A stretch of 64,000 bases of DNA from Camelus ferus (Eukaryota): assembly GCF_009834535.1 (NCBI RefSeq), contig NC_045696.1, forward strand, positions 84,198,001 to 84,262,000, written 5' to 3'. Made by a program: the position numbers and the translations under genes. The notes beneath the pieces are model-generated. The model did no database searches, was not told the origin of the DNA, and saw only the letters and a list, made by a program, of their open reading frames with translations. Shown piece by piece: positions 26,801 through 40,059 of the stretch. Each line of letters begins with the position of its first letter. The first letter of the stretch is position 1.

Positions 26801-28839
26801 ATTCTTCTAAATGGCATAGTAACTGGTGCATTTTTGAGAGGGCTGGGAAATGAACTGTAGGGAGTAAGAAAATTCTAGGTCTTCCTTCACAGGATGAATG
26901 AATTGGAATAATTGGAATAAGAGGGGAAATTGAGCCAGAGGCTAGTTTAATATACCCCTATTTCCTCCCATGGCTCAAGACTGAGGACTAACTGATGGCG
27001 AGGTCCCCATCTTCTCTGTCCTTCCCTCAGGGTGATGCTTTCACATATGATCCTTGGACCGTTGCAGGTGCTTGTAAAATTCTTGAGGTCCACCTCACAG
27101 CAACTAAGTCAAAATTTCCAGGATTGGGTCCTTGGTATTTATGCACACTTAAGTTAGAAATTCTGCCAGAGAGAGATTAACCTGTTTGTATATGCAGGTA
27201 CAGACCTTTTTTGAGGACTTGGTTCCCCAAGAATACGTCAGACTTTTGGCAACTGTCTGAAGCACCTGTTAGAACGGATGGACGCTAATGAAGACTTGCT
27301 TATTCGGGGCGTGCAGCGTTTTGTCTCAAGACCTGGAATGTCAGATGTTTACTTCTCTTTTTGATGGCAGAAAAAAACACAAGTCTGAGAGGTGAAAAGA
27401 TAGAGCAGCATTTTTGTTTTCTACCAAACTTTTTTTATTTAATCTCATTAATCTGCATATTTTTTTGGAAAACAAGCAACTATATCCTTTGACAGGATTA
27501 TTAAATTCTAAATTGCATGTGATTTGTATTTGCCACAATCCGACAAGAGAATAATACCTAAGCCAATAATCCCTGAACAATTGCCAGTGGGAATAAAATA
27601 CTTTTTAAGTCTTCAGATAGCAAATACTGCTTAGCCATAGCTACATAGAGACTGGAGAAAAACTTACAAAGTTGAGCAGCACTTTGAAATGTTAAGTTAT
27701 AGTACAACTCCACCCGATGGATTTCTGTTGAATTTCACTTGAGCTGAGAAACACTATATATATTAGATGCCAAATGAATTTGTATTTGATCACAATTATG
27801 TGAAAATTAAATGATTAGTGACATGGACAGAGAAAGAAAGGGCATGGAGAAAATACATCCAGATATAAACAGCTTTTGGTAAGTGTGAAGAATTTGGAGT
27901 GAATATATTTTCCATTTTTAAAAATTTTCTACATTTTCAGCTGTCTATATCTGTGTAGCTATATGTAAACTTAATAATGAAAACAGTCAGTAAAATTAAT
28001 TAAAAGAAACATTTTCAAACTGCTGATGGGCTGTTTTGGGGGAACTGCCGTCTACACGATAAACAGGTTATACTGCTTAGCTCTTATATCATGTTCTTAA
28101 TTGGTAGTGACTTGGAATCCAATAGTTCAATAAAAACAGAAATGAGATAATTGCATTTTACTTCCACCTTTTCCATTAATTTGGTGTGCTCTTATAGGCA
28201 CATAATTTAATATCTCTACTTTGGTTTCCTCTTCAGTGAAATGAGGACAACCACATTAGCTTTTTTTTTTTTTTTTTAACTTTAGCATCAAGAATTAATT
28301 GAGGCAATGACTAGAAAGAATTGCAAGCATATGAAGAAAATATTCATTAATATTTTGCAAGATAGTATCTTTTGGAGCAGTTTAGAAATACTAGCAACCT
28401 AATATTTTTTGAAAACTAAACCTAAATAAATAATTCTAAAAAATAAACAAGATTGTGATACAATCAATAGAAATGAATAATATAAGTGGCAGTGGAGACT
28501 TGTTTAGTTGAGCATAGGAAATAATTGGATATACTTCACTAATCAATTAAGGTAAGACTTAAGCTGCTAAAAATAAATTAAACTATAATGGTTTAAATAA
28601 GATAGAAGTTAATTTTTCCTTTTATGTAAGAGTCTGTTAGGAAATGGGTATCCAGACTGGAGACTCATTCACAGTAGTTTACTGTGTTACCAGGTTGAAA
28701 GGGGTAAAAGGATTTTTGTTTTGTTTTGTTTTAGACTAGCTAGCACTCTGCTAGGTATAGTTATATTTAGCTTGGCTCTGAAAGCAGTTTGTGAAATCAC
28801 TGCATCATCAGATAGAAACTATATCTTACACTTACTCCC

Positions 28840-29070
28840 TAGCAGATCTTATCTTATCCCATTGCTTTAAATTTCATCCATATGTTGATGATTCCCAAAT
28901 GTGTATTTCCAGCTTTGATCACTGCTAGAAATATACCAGAGTGTCATGGTGAATAGTCTTCTTCTCCATCCACTTGAATGTCAAATCAGGTAATGGCACC
29001 AATATCCATCCAAAACAGAAGCCAGACTAGATTTTTCCACTTCACATGAAGACAATACTTCGCATTTTTG
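28840..29070 (+). mobile_element. L2 fragment (RT region), left part of an interrupted copy
   Basis: tcccattgctttaaatttcatccatatgttgatgattcccaaatgtgtatttcc encodes SHCFKFHPYVDDSQMCIS, a decayed YADD motif. Confidence 0.7.
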
Positions 29071-29269
29071 TCTTGACTTTCTTCCATTTGTAATAGAAAC
29101 CCTGAGTTTTAGATAGGTACCTGGTTCCCCAGCTACAGACCATCCAGCTTCCCTTGCAGTCAGGTGTGGTCCCATGACCAAGCCCTGGTTAATGGGATAT
29201 AGACTGAAGTCATACCAGAAATTTCCAGGTTGTGTCCACAAAAGAAGCAGTGGTGAATGGAACCCTCAT

Positions 29270-29745
29270 ACTTACATATAAATGTATATAGCAACTGTAT
29301 TTGTGAGAGACAAAAACTACACACAATCAAAAGTCCATTAAAAAGTGAATGTATAAACAAATTGTGGTATATCTGGTCAATGAAATAGTTCTCAGTAACA
29401 AAAGGGAACAAACTGCTGATACACACATCAGTATGGAAAAATTTCAAAAATATTATGCTGAGTGAAAGAAGCGTCACATAGAAGAGTACAAACTGCATGT
29501 TTACATTTATAATTAATTCCAGAATAAGAAAAATTATTCTATAGTGGGAGAAAGCAGATCAGTGGTTGCGGGTATTAACTGCAAAAAGGCAAGTAGGCAT
29601 TTTTACGGGATGATATATATTTTCTATATCTCAATTTTAGTGGTTGTTACGTATATACATTTGTCAAAACTCATTGGCTGTAAACTTAAAATGTGTGTAA
29701 TTTATTGTATGTACATTATATATATCTCAATAAAGTTGTGTTAAA
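29270..29745 (+). mobile_element. L1ME/L1MC-type 3' end
   Basis: aacaaattgtggtatatc...tattatgctgagtgaaagaagc...atttgtcaaaactcat...tatatctcaataaagttg. Confidence 0.8.
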
Positions 29746-29924
29746 GAGATGACATTATTTACAGTACAGACCAAATGGTAACAGGTAAAAATCAATCATG
29801 TTGACGACAAGCACTGCACAGAAATAGAAATACAAATAGCTACTAGAAAATGTTTAAACTCACTACAAAGTAAATGCAAATTTAAGATATGATTTTCATG
29901 TATCAATTATTAAAAAAACAAAGA

Positions 29925-32912
29925 GAACATTCCAGTTTCTGGTCTGGCAAGAAGCTTAGAAGTCACCATTCAGTCCTAACAACAAGTAAAAAGCTGAACT
30001 GAAAAATCAACAATGCTTCTTAATCCTCAAGAGAAGTGAGGTCACAGGGAAACCACTGTCCCCAAATTATAGAGACCTATAGACAAATACAGAGAGTCAG
30101 AACTTTCTGGAACAGAAACTTCCTGGGTAACAAGTGCCATGGCTGGGAAACCTGAACCATAACTGAAGAATTGCTGGAAGGGCAGTGTAGACAACTCAGA
30201 AAGCTAGAAACTCCAAGGCGACCTAGTCATTGGACCACACTTACTTGTGAGTTTTGCCTCCTGAAATTCTATCAGCTTCTTACAGTGAATACTGGAGGAA
30301 AATCCCTCATGCTTTTGGAAAGGGAAGTGAAAAAGTTTTTTTTTTAAATTTTTATTTTTTTAAACTATACCAGAGCTCTCTGTTCTTCTTAAGAAGATCT
30401 ACCCTTAGGAAAAATTATTTAATCAGAGTCTAACCTTCTGGGGGTTTATCAGAGCCTAACTGACCTGGGGGAAGAGAGATACCCAACTCCAGCTGGCTTC
30501 AGTCACTCTGTCCCACCTGGAGGGGAGGTGGAACAGCTGAGAGGCATATGTGAAATTCACAGTCCAGAGGCAAGGGCTCACTAAAGGACTGAGACCCAAT
30601 CATGGTACCTGAGTACTTCCCCTGCTCCCACACCTTGCACCACATTACTAAAGACCTACTTACAGCAGTTACTTTTACCCAGTACATCATTTCCAGCTAT
30701 CAAGGAAAACATTACTAGACATACTAAAAGGCAAAAAATCATAGTTCAAAGGGATAAAGCAAGCATCAGAATATGGCAGGGATGTTGGAATTATCAGGTT
30801 GGGGATTTAAAACATGATTAATATGCTAAGGGATTTAATGGATAAAGTAGACATCATGCAAAAACAGATAGGCAATGTAAGTAGAGGGAAAGACATTCTA
30901 AGAAAAAACCAAGAAGAAATGCTAGAAATCAAAACACTGTGACAGAAATGAAGGATACCTTTGGTGAGTTTATTGGCTGACTGAGGAAGAAATCTCTGAG
31001 AAGGAAGATATCTCAATAGGAACCTCCAAAACTGAAAAACAAATGGATGAAAGCCTGAAAAAAAAACCAGAACAGAATATCCTAGTGCTCTGGGACAACT
31101 ACAGAAGGTGTAACGTATGTGCGCTGGGAATACCAAAGGAAAAGAAAGAGAGAACAGAAGAGAGGAAATATTTGAAACAATAATGTCTGAGAATTTGCCC
31201 AAATAAATGTCAGAAGCCAAACTACAGATCTAGGAAGTTCACAGAAGATTAAATGGAACAAATGCCAAAAAACTATACCTAGGCATATCATTCTCAAATT
31301 GTAGAAAAATCAAAGATTAAAAAAAAACTTAAAGGAAGCCAGAGAGAGAAGCACCTTACATAGAGATGAGCAAAGATTGATTTCTGCTTGGAAACCATGT
31401 AAGCTGGAAGAGAGTGGAGCGAAATATTTCGTGTTGAGAAAAAAAAATCCCACCAAACTGGAATTCTGTACCTTCAAGAGTTAATGTAGAATTATCCTTC
31501 AGGAGGAAGGAGAAATTAAGAACATTTCAGACAAACAAAATTTGAGTTTCTAAAGTAGACTTGCCTTTAAAGAAATGCTAAAAAAAAAGTTCTTTAGAGA
31601 GAAGGAAAACGATATAGGTCAGAAACAGATCTACACAAAGAAAGGAAGGAGCGCTGGAGAAGGAATAAGTGAAGATAAAAGAAAAACTTTTATGTTTCTT
31701 ATTCTCAATTGATCTAACATATTTTTCAATTGAAAAATCTATTGTTCAAAATGATAATAGTAACGATGTATTCAATTTTGTATATAAAATATACATACCT
31801 ACATATACATACCTACATATATATATATATATGAAGTGATGTAATGGAGGTGAGGGAGGAATTAGGATTATTTTGTTATTATAAGGTACTCACACTATCT
31901 GTGAAGCTATGTTATTTGAAAGTGGACTTGGATTAGTATTAAACGTGTATTATAAGCACGAGGACAATCACTCAAAAACATTTTTAAGAAGGTAAACCAG
32001 CATACTAAGAGAAGAGAGAAAATGAAATATAAAGTGCTCAGTTAGAAACACAAAGAGCAGAAAAAAGAGTGGAAGACAAAAATAAGAACAGAACGAGAGC
32101 AACAAGAAGAAAAAAGTAACAAATGTTATAGATATTAACTATCAATTATTACTTTAAATACCAATGGTCTAAATAAACTAATTAAAAGACAGAGTGTCAG
32201 AGTGGATTAAAAAACAAAATCCAACTATATGTTGTTTAAAAGAAAGCCACTTTAAAGTAAAGGCACATAGATTAAAAGTAAAAGGGTACAGAAATATTAA
32301 CCATGATAACACTCATCAAAGGAAAGCAGAAGTAGTTATAAATTCAGACAGCAGATTTCAGAGAAAGGAAAGTTATCAGGAATAAAGAGGGGCATTGCCT
32401 TATAATAAAGGATCTGCTCTCCAGGAGGATATAACAATTCTTAATACTTATATACCTAACAATTTGTCTTTAAGGAAATAATGTCTCAAATATCTTTCAA
32501 TTTATATACCATTTCTTCAAAATGTGGTGAAAGTGTTATCAATAGAAGACTTTCAGTTAAAAAAATATTTATATGCCTAACAACAGAGTAAACTATGTGA
32601 GGCAAAAACTGGCAGAACTTCAAGCAGAAGTATATAAACCCACCATTATAGCTGGAGACGTCAATATTCCTCTCTCAGAAATGGACCAGTCCAGCAGGTA
32701 GGAAATCAGTAAAGACAGAGTTGAACTCATCAACACCATCAGTCAGCTGGATATAAAGGGCATCTATAGACTGCTTTATCCAAAAGAAGCAGAGGCAAGC
32801 CTCCCTAATTCCTTCCATGAAGCCAGTATTCCCCTAACAACACTAGAAAAAGACATTGCAAGAAAAGAAAACCACAGACACAAATTCCTCATGAACATAG
32901 ATGCAAATCCTG
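29925..32912 (+). mobile_element. Large decayed L1 (L1MC-like): 5' region, ORF1, inter-ORF, 5' ORF2; 3'-truncated
   Basis: ORF1-like sequence at ~30800-31620 (cctaggcatatcattctcaaattg). ORF2 endonuclease start TLNTNGLN...SEWIKKQNPTICCLKESHFK at ~32150-32255. Later piece LPNSFHEASI...RKENHRHKFLMNIDAN at ~32801-32910. Many stops and frameshifts. Confidence 0.9.
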
Positions 32913-32914
32913 TC

Positions 32915-33590
32915 TTCAGATCCACAAATACTGGGGGTCATCCTTTCTTCCTCCACCTCTCATCTAATCAACTCCAAGTCTACTGACGACTTTTTCAGTA
33001 TGAACATTGGATCCTTTCACTTGCCTTTAATCGTGCTGTCTTGGCCGAGGGCACTAGTATCTGCTGGACCGTAGCAATGGCTTCTTAATTAGTTTCCCCT
33101 TTGCTAGAGTTGTATGACTTTCACTTCTTTTCTCCCTCTTCCTCACTCCTCCTAAGTCTCTTTCAAGTTTCAGTAATGCTGGACCATTTTTAGATTCTCT
33201 AAACTTACCGTATACTAACTCATTGTTAGGGAGTTTGCATGTGCTTTTTTTCTACCTGGGACACTCCCTAATTCCACCCACTCCCCCAAAGCATTCTGGG
33301 GCTCCTACTCCACATCTGGGCCAAATTAGATAGTGCATCACTTATGCTAAGAAGACTTTCTTGAGCCTTGGCTGTTGGGTTAGTGTCCTCCCTCTGTGCT
33401 TCTAGAATATTATGTTCTCACACACTGTTAGCAGTTAATATTCTCAGTTTCTTGTTCTTATCTCCCATCTAGACTATTTTCTTTTTCCTGCAAGGACAGA
33501 AGACACATTTGTCTTGCTCATCATTGTAGCCATTATTTATCCAAGTATCTGGGACACAATAGATTCTCAGTAAGTATTTGGTGTATGTCT
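32915..33590 (+). mobile_element. L2 3' part, probable continuation of the copy at 28840
   Basis: ctgggggtcatcctt...ctggaccgtagcaatggcttcttaatt, ending gggacacaatagattctcagtaagtatttg (L2 3' tail). Confidence 0.6.
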
Positions 33591-35259
33591 ACACTTTCAC
33601 TAAAGCTAGCTACTAGCTAGCTACATTAGTGCATATGGCTTTCTGAATTAATGTGAAGATGGATATGGAGGTCATATTAAGTCATGGTGGCCATAAGAAT
33701 GTTAAATTCAGTTTATTTTATGGTGGAGAGAGTTGTGGCAGCTCTTTTGGAATATTTTGGGAGCAAGTTCTGCAAAAGATAAGGCTGTTATAAAATGTTT
33801 CACAAAATCTGATGAGAAATCTGCCCCTGGGGATCAGAGCTGTAGAATAAAGTTGATGAAAGAAAATTACTGTTAGACGTCTCATGTCAAACAAACCTTG
33901 TAACTCTTGTTTTGTGTCTCCCAGCTTGAGTGCATAAGAGAAAAATGCAAATTTCCCCAATGAAGTACAGCTAGCAGTGCATAAATCTCAACAAGACAGT
34001 AGGATACACTTATTAAAGCGTGGCAAGGATCAAAATGAATGTCTTTTTCTCTGAAATACCAGCTTTTTCCTTTTTAAGATTAGCTTTTCCCTAAAGGTAC
34101 ATCAATTACAAATAATTGTCTGTTAGCAAAACCAGCTCAGCTAAATGTAAAACAAATAAACTACGAAATTAAACTGATTGAAAAATAAGCAAGAGATTTT
34201 ACCTTTATTTTGGATGGAATGGCTTCAGAAGAATGCCAGATGACCTTACTATCTTTGTATATGTAGGAGTATTAACTCAAAATTATGAGAGACATAGATG
34301 AATGTTCTACCGTTGTTTAAAAGAATTCTTTGGGAATCTAACTTTGGGCTTGCCTTATAAAGGAAGTTACTTTATACTACAATTCTTCTGATAGTCATCA
34401 TAGGCAAGATTCTTTTTTCTTCACAACTGAAATCAAGACATGCTGGTTTAAGTAACAAAAGGGAGTTTGTTTTAAGGATACAAGGGTGTATCATGCAATC
34501 CAAGGGCTAGGATGGAGCTAGTTCTCAGAAAAGGGAAAGCTTTATCTGTATAATTTCCTCCCTTTAAAAATTTCTTTTGTCCTTTCTTCTTCTTCTTCTT
34601 CTTTTTTTTTTTTTTTTGGTCCTTTCTGTAGTCCACAGGGCAGAATACTACTAATCCAAGAATCATTCAGTCTCAAATCTACCTTCTCACATGGAAGAAT
34701 CTTGTTTGTATTTATGGACTCCTGTCCAATAAATCATTACAAAGGTGGGCTAGGTTGTGCAGGAAAACATGGCTGCCAAGGCTCATGGATTGTTGCCAGG
34801 CAAAGGGAGGGGGAATAAGGAACTTACTGGTGCCCACTATATTTGCTTATCAATCTCTGGATAGGCAAATACTACCCTCATATTAAATTAGAAGATGTAG
34901 GAAAAAAAAGAAAGAAAAAGTTATGTTCAAATAAAATGTCTTTCTAAAGAGCTCACCACCTGAGTTCTTAGCTTCACCTACTTTGGATCTGTTTAGGAAG
35001 TTGTGTGTTGGTATATTGGTATTGTCAACAGATGTTTCAGGGACCAATGCCAATTCTTTTTTTAAAATCAATGCATGTAGTGCATGCTTCTCAGCAGTAA
35101 ATATATGAATGGCACTGAGAATAACTGAAGGTCACATTAATAAATTCATTCAGGTTGTTAGGCTCATTTGTGAAGACTTTGCAATAAATACTGCTGACTA
35201 AAAAAGGCCAAGTATAACTTTCATATCCATCTATTTTAAGAATGTTGGATGAATGTCTC

Positions 35260-36085
35260 TCTCAAAACCATCCTCTCCCAAGTTCTCTGAAGGCTCCTGG
35301 GATATTTTCAACTCTTTCTTTGGCTTTGGTTACTCTTTTTATGCTGATGACACCCTAATATGTATGGCCAGTCCCCATCTCTTTCCCAACAACTAGATCT
35401 ATATTTTATTTTTTTATTACTTCTGATTGCTATCTCAAAATTAAAACTTCAAAACGGAACTCATTTCTATGCCATCTCTTTGGTCCCTACTCTGTGAACT
35501 GTTCCCTATTCTTCGACATCCACATTTCTTCAGTCTTCAGAGCCTGTTGGAGTTTATGCAGTCCCCTTGAATCTATTTCCTGTGGCCTGTGCCTTCTGCA
35601 GTGATTTATTCCAGACTCATCATTTCTATCTAATACAATTGTATTTTAAACGTGTCTCTTTGTCTCCATTTTCTCCTTTGGCTCTATTTTCACATTATCA
35701 TCAGAATTACCTTTGAAAGATGCTCTTTTAAACATACTGAGATGATTATTTCCTGTTTTAAAAACACTTTTGCAGTTTCCATTGTAAACAGTGTAATGTC
35801 CAAGGTGCTTTTAAATTTGACCCCAGCATGGCTTTTTATCCTGCCTCCCTGCTACATATGCTATGTTTGAATCACCCAGAACTTCTGGCCAATGCACACA
35901 CATGTCTTGCTCTAGCACTTGGTGAATACAGTACTTGCTACGTTACACATTAATTATTTGTAAACTCTCACTTCCCTCAACAGACAGTGGGTTCCTCAAG
36001 GGTAGATATACAGCCTTTGTTCCTCTTTGTATCTGTCTTAGAGCAGTTTCTGCAATAGAGCAGGTGTTGAATAAGTGCTGATTAA
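35260..36085 (+). mobile_element. L2 remnant
   Basis: tatgctgatgacaccctaata (YADD) at ~35340; L2-like tail gagcaggtgttgaataagtgctg at ~36060-36081. Confidence 0.6.
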
Positions 36086-39000
36086 AAATGCTATGCTCAT
36101 CCAAAAGTGTATACATTTATTTTTCAACTGGAAGAGGACTGCACATTGCAGGAAGCAGGAATTTATCATATGCCCTGATGATTTTCCTCCATTTGCGAAA
36201 CATCAGTAATAATTGCCTTGTGTTATGGAAACTTATTTATGAAGGATTCTGTGTCATGGGTCACAGCCACAAATTACAATGCTGAAAAAATTATAAAAGG
36301 ACAATGACATCTCCTAAATACGTGTTTCTTCTTTTTCCTGCTTTAAATTTACCCTTCAGATATATTTAAATATATTTATATCGTACTAATTTGGGGTTTT
36401 GAGAGGGTTTTTTTTTTTTTTTTTTTTTTTTTGGTAATTTCATGTCGCCTCTAAAGCTCAGCTCTCCTTGACAATTTGAAAAATTCCATACATATGTAAT
36501 AGGATGTTACAGTCAGTGTCTGGCAGGGCGTGAAGAAAGTAGATGCCCCATTTCAAAGTAAGGATCAATTTCAGGACTTGTAAAAAGGAGATGGTGGAAA
36601 ACTTGTTTTACAGTCTTGAACTCACCACCAACTTCTGCCCGTAAAAGAGTTGAGGAGCCAAACGTGGAGTGGAGATTTTCTGAAAGCACTTTTGGGGAGT
36701 TGTTGGTATGCCACCTCCCTCAGTACTTGCTATGAAAATATAACTCCAATAATTGAGAACATGACGACCTATAGAATATACATGTTCTACAGTTTTATTT
36801 TTTTTAATTCATTAAGGAAGGCCCCACCAGAATGGTAAGCTGGTTCAAAAATCTAGATGCAAATGATATGAAAATTATAGATTAAAAAAACCTACCAATT
36901 AACATCACAGAGTCAGAGCCTTATGAATAATAAATGATAAGCACACAAAGGTACGCTTTCCTAGAGAATAAGGTAAACTTTGAGTGGGCTCATCGAGTGG
37001 GCATTGAAATGACATGTAGTTATTCCCTTGACTTATTTTCAGGGTTTTAACAATACCTGTTTACAGCCTGGGAAGACATACATCACTGGGGCCCTGTTGT
37101 TGGGGACATAGTGGGCTGGTTTTTGACTCCATCCGAAGAGTCAGCAGTGCAGTTGTTAGGCTGGCTGGTTTCTGGTGTTTGAGCCAAAGGGAGGTGACCA
37201 TATTGGCTACCCTGCATTCCCACAGCATGGTCGGGCGAAGTATGAGAGAACATACAAGAATGTGGGTCATTTAAGTTTTTGTCCAGGAGGACCATGGAGA
37301 CCCTGCAGAGAGAAGTGAGAATGATCTCTTGATGGCTAGGAGCTCAATGAGCAAAGGTCTGAGGAGAATGTATCATCTGTATCTACAGGAATGCAGGTAA
37401 CAGGTCCCCAACGGATGGGGTGCGGTGGTCTCTGGAGAATGGACTGCTTTAAATCCCTACCTGGGAGGCTCGTATCAGTCAAGTTAGGACTTTCCTGCTT
37501 TGATCCTTATCCTTTCCTGTGATATTAACACAGACAGTAAGACGGAAACTGTGAATGGATGATGAGGAATAGAAACGCAAGCTTTTCTTAACAATTCCTT
37601 GACTTCAGCCTTCCCTGAATTCAGGAGAACCAAGCCCTGCAAAAGACAAAAGTCTTAAAGAGTTTTGACAGTTATGTGGGACTGGACATTTTTACTACTC
37701 ATCTAAGCACTTTTATTACCTGTGAGTGACTAGAAAGTCAGGAGGCCAGGCACAGTTTTCCTCCAGGCAGTGCCTACCAAGTACAAAGTGAGGTTACTTA
37801 ATGAGTTGGGCTTGCTTAATGGAAGCCTGTGTGTGGGTTTGGGTGTATAAGAGAGAATGTGTCTTTTTAAGCATGACCTTAAAATGACCTTAGGAGGTCT
37901 GTGCTCTCAATTTCTTCATGGGTGATTTTTATCTCTTTAAATTGAATATTTCTGGCTTCAGAAAACTTGTGTTCAGAGCTTGTCTTCAGCCTGGCGCGAT
38001 GAGGTATGTATCTGCCAAAATCCTTAGGAATACTGTGCTCCTGACGTAGATGTGATAAAGCCCTTGCAGAATTGTTGGTGTGTCAGTTAAATGTGCTCTA
38101 CTTCAGCAGGGAGGATATTCCATTTCTAGAAGTGTTATTGTTTTCACATGTTTCATTTCATTTCATCACTAATCATGGTTTTGAAAGACAAGCACTTCAT
38201 ATTTTTCACTTTACTGTGTCACTTAGCTTGGGCTTCTTTTTTTGGCTCTGTGTTGTTTTGTATCAGTGTGCATAAGCTAAGATATTGTCCTAAATGTAAG
38301 TTTGATAATGTCCTTTTAGGGCTTCTGAAAAGTGCCAGAATAACTTATATAATATTTTTTATGAGTTTAACTTTCTATTGTACCAGTAAATGCATTGTTG
38401 ATGTGAAAAAAAGTGCTCTACAGGAGTGATCAGAGATTTTATGCAAAATGCTTCGACTGGGTCAGAACTGAAGCTTGTTTACTGTCCCCTCTGTCTGGAT
38501 TGTCTCCTGCCCTGACTGCCCCATGTCTTCCTCTATCCTTGCATTCAGAGCCTTCTAACCTAAATTTGAACTCTTAATTATTTTCTATTTCTTGATTCTG
38601 CTTATTCTTCAAAGTCCCTGACCTATATTTATATGTTTGTTTATTGTCTTTCTGCCCCCATTAAAATATACATTTGACACCAGAAGGGGCTATATTTTCT
38701 TCATGCAGTATTTTCAGAACCTGAAACAGTGGGCTATCAATAAATATTTGCTGAATAAATGAATGAATGAATGGATGAAGCGATGCATGCTGGAAATACT
38801 GTTCCTGGTAATTCAAAGAGGACAGCTGTCTGGGAAACACAGTCCTACACAAGAAACTTCCAGTAGTATTATAAAACCATTTGAGACTTGTCACTGCATT
38901 AGATTTAAAGGAAGGACTTGTGAACTTACACCATGAACACTAAGATAACCATCATCGCCACAATACCACCACCAGTTTTCAACCATTTAGCACCTACTAT

Positions 39001-39719
39001 GGGCCTGGCTAAGTGCTAAAGACTTAACATACATTGTTCCACTTACTCCTCCATGTATGGACTAAATGTATTGTTATCTCATTTAACCAATTCATTTGAG
39101 TCTTACAACTAGCTTAAGGTCACACAACGGGTGAGTTGTGGCAGGACCAAGACTCAAACTCAGGTCTGCCTTCATTTCAAAGCCTAGTCATAGCCACAGG
39201 ACTATTATTGTCTTTTATTATCTATACTGTTTATAATCTTATACAGCTGAATCTGCAAAGGGAAAACATTCGATGTGTTCTTAAATGAGTATTGGCAGGC
39301 ATGTTAATGCGGAAAGCAGCAGTGCGAGTTAGTATCTTAATTATAATAGTTTAGTCCAGTAACAAGAGAGATGCAGTGTGGATAAGCATATTACTTTTTT
39401 TGACTGACTGACTGCAGAACCAACCAGACATCCTACTTGCAGCATATATACAACAAGATTAAAAACTACAGCTTATTTATGAAGGCCCAAATAGGTTCAT
39501 CACAGGTGACTCTCTGGAAGAGAAAAGTTTGAGAAGTATGAGTTGGTTTTTTTCTCTCTGTCTCTCTCTCAGCTCTTACACTCACAGACCCCATGGGTCA
39601 TATATTTGGCATAAAGGAAAGAGAGTTCTAAGCTTGTTAAAGACTTGGATTCTAGTTCTGACTTGGCCTATTGTGACCTCTGATGAGCGACTGAATAGCA
39701 CATACATGGGAGTTCTGAA

Positions 39720-39900
39720 CTGCTCAGGTTGATTCTTCTTGGCTCTGCCATTTGCTCACTTTGTAATTTTGGGGTGTCATTCAAACTTTCAGTGCCTTAA
39801 TTTTCTTAGATATAAATTAAGCTGTTATGAGGATGAATTAAATATTACAAATAAAACTCCTAGAATAGTGCTTGGAATATGGTAGGGGCTCAGGAAGGGT
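39720..39900 (+). mobile_element. MIR SINE just upstream of the ZBBX promoter
   Basis: ggctctgccatttgctcactttgta...cagtgccttaatttt...gttatgaggatgaatta...tagaatagtgcttggaatatggtagggg. Confidence 0.65.
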
Positions 39901-40059
39901 TAGACAAGTGTTACCCTCCCCAGCACAAAGCTACCAGCACCTGCCGTTCCCAGCCCTTTCCTTTCCTCTTCCTCTCCCCCTTTCCCCTTCTCCTCCTCCC
40001 CTCCTCCTCCTCCCCTCCCTCTCCCCCACCTCTGCAGGTCTCCCTTGCTCCCTCTGCTG

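Noticed and set aside
32194..32385. 63-aa endonuclease-like ORF as a functional gene
   Set aside because: It is a fragment of decayed L1 ORF2 with frameshifts, an insertion and an internal deletion.
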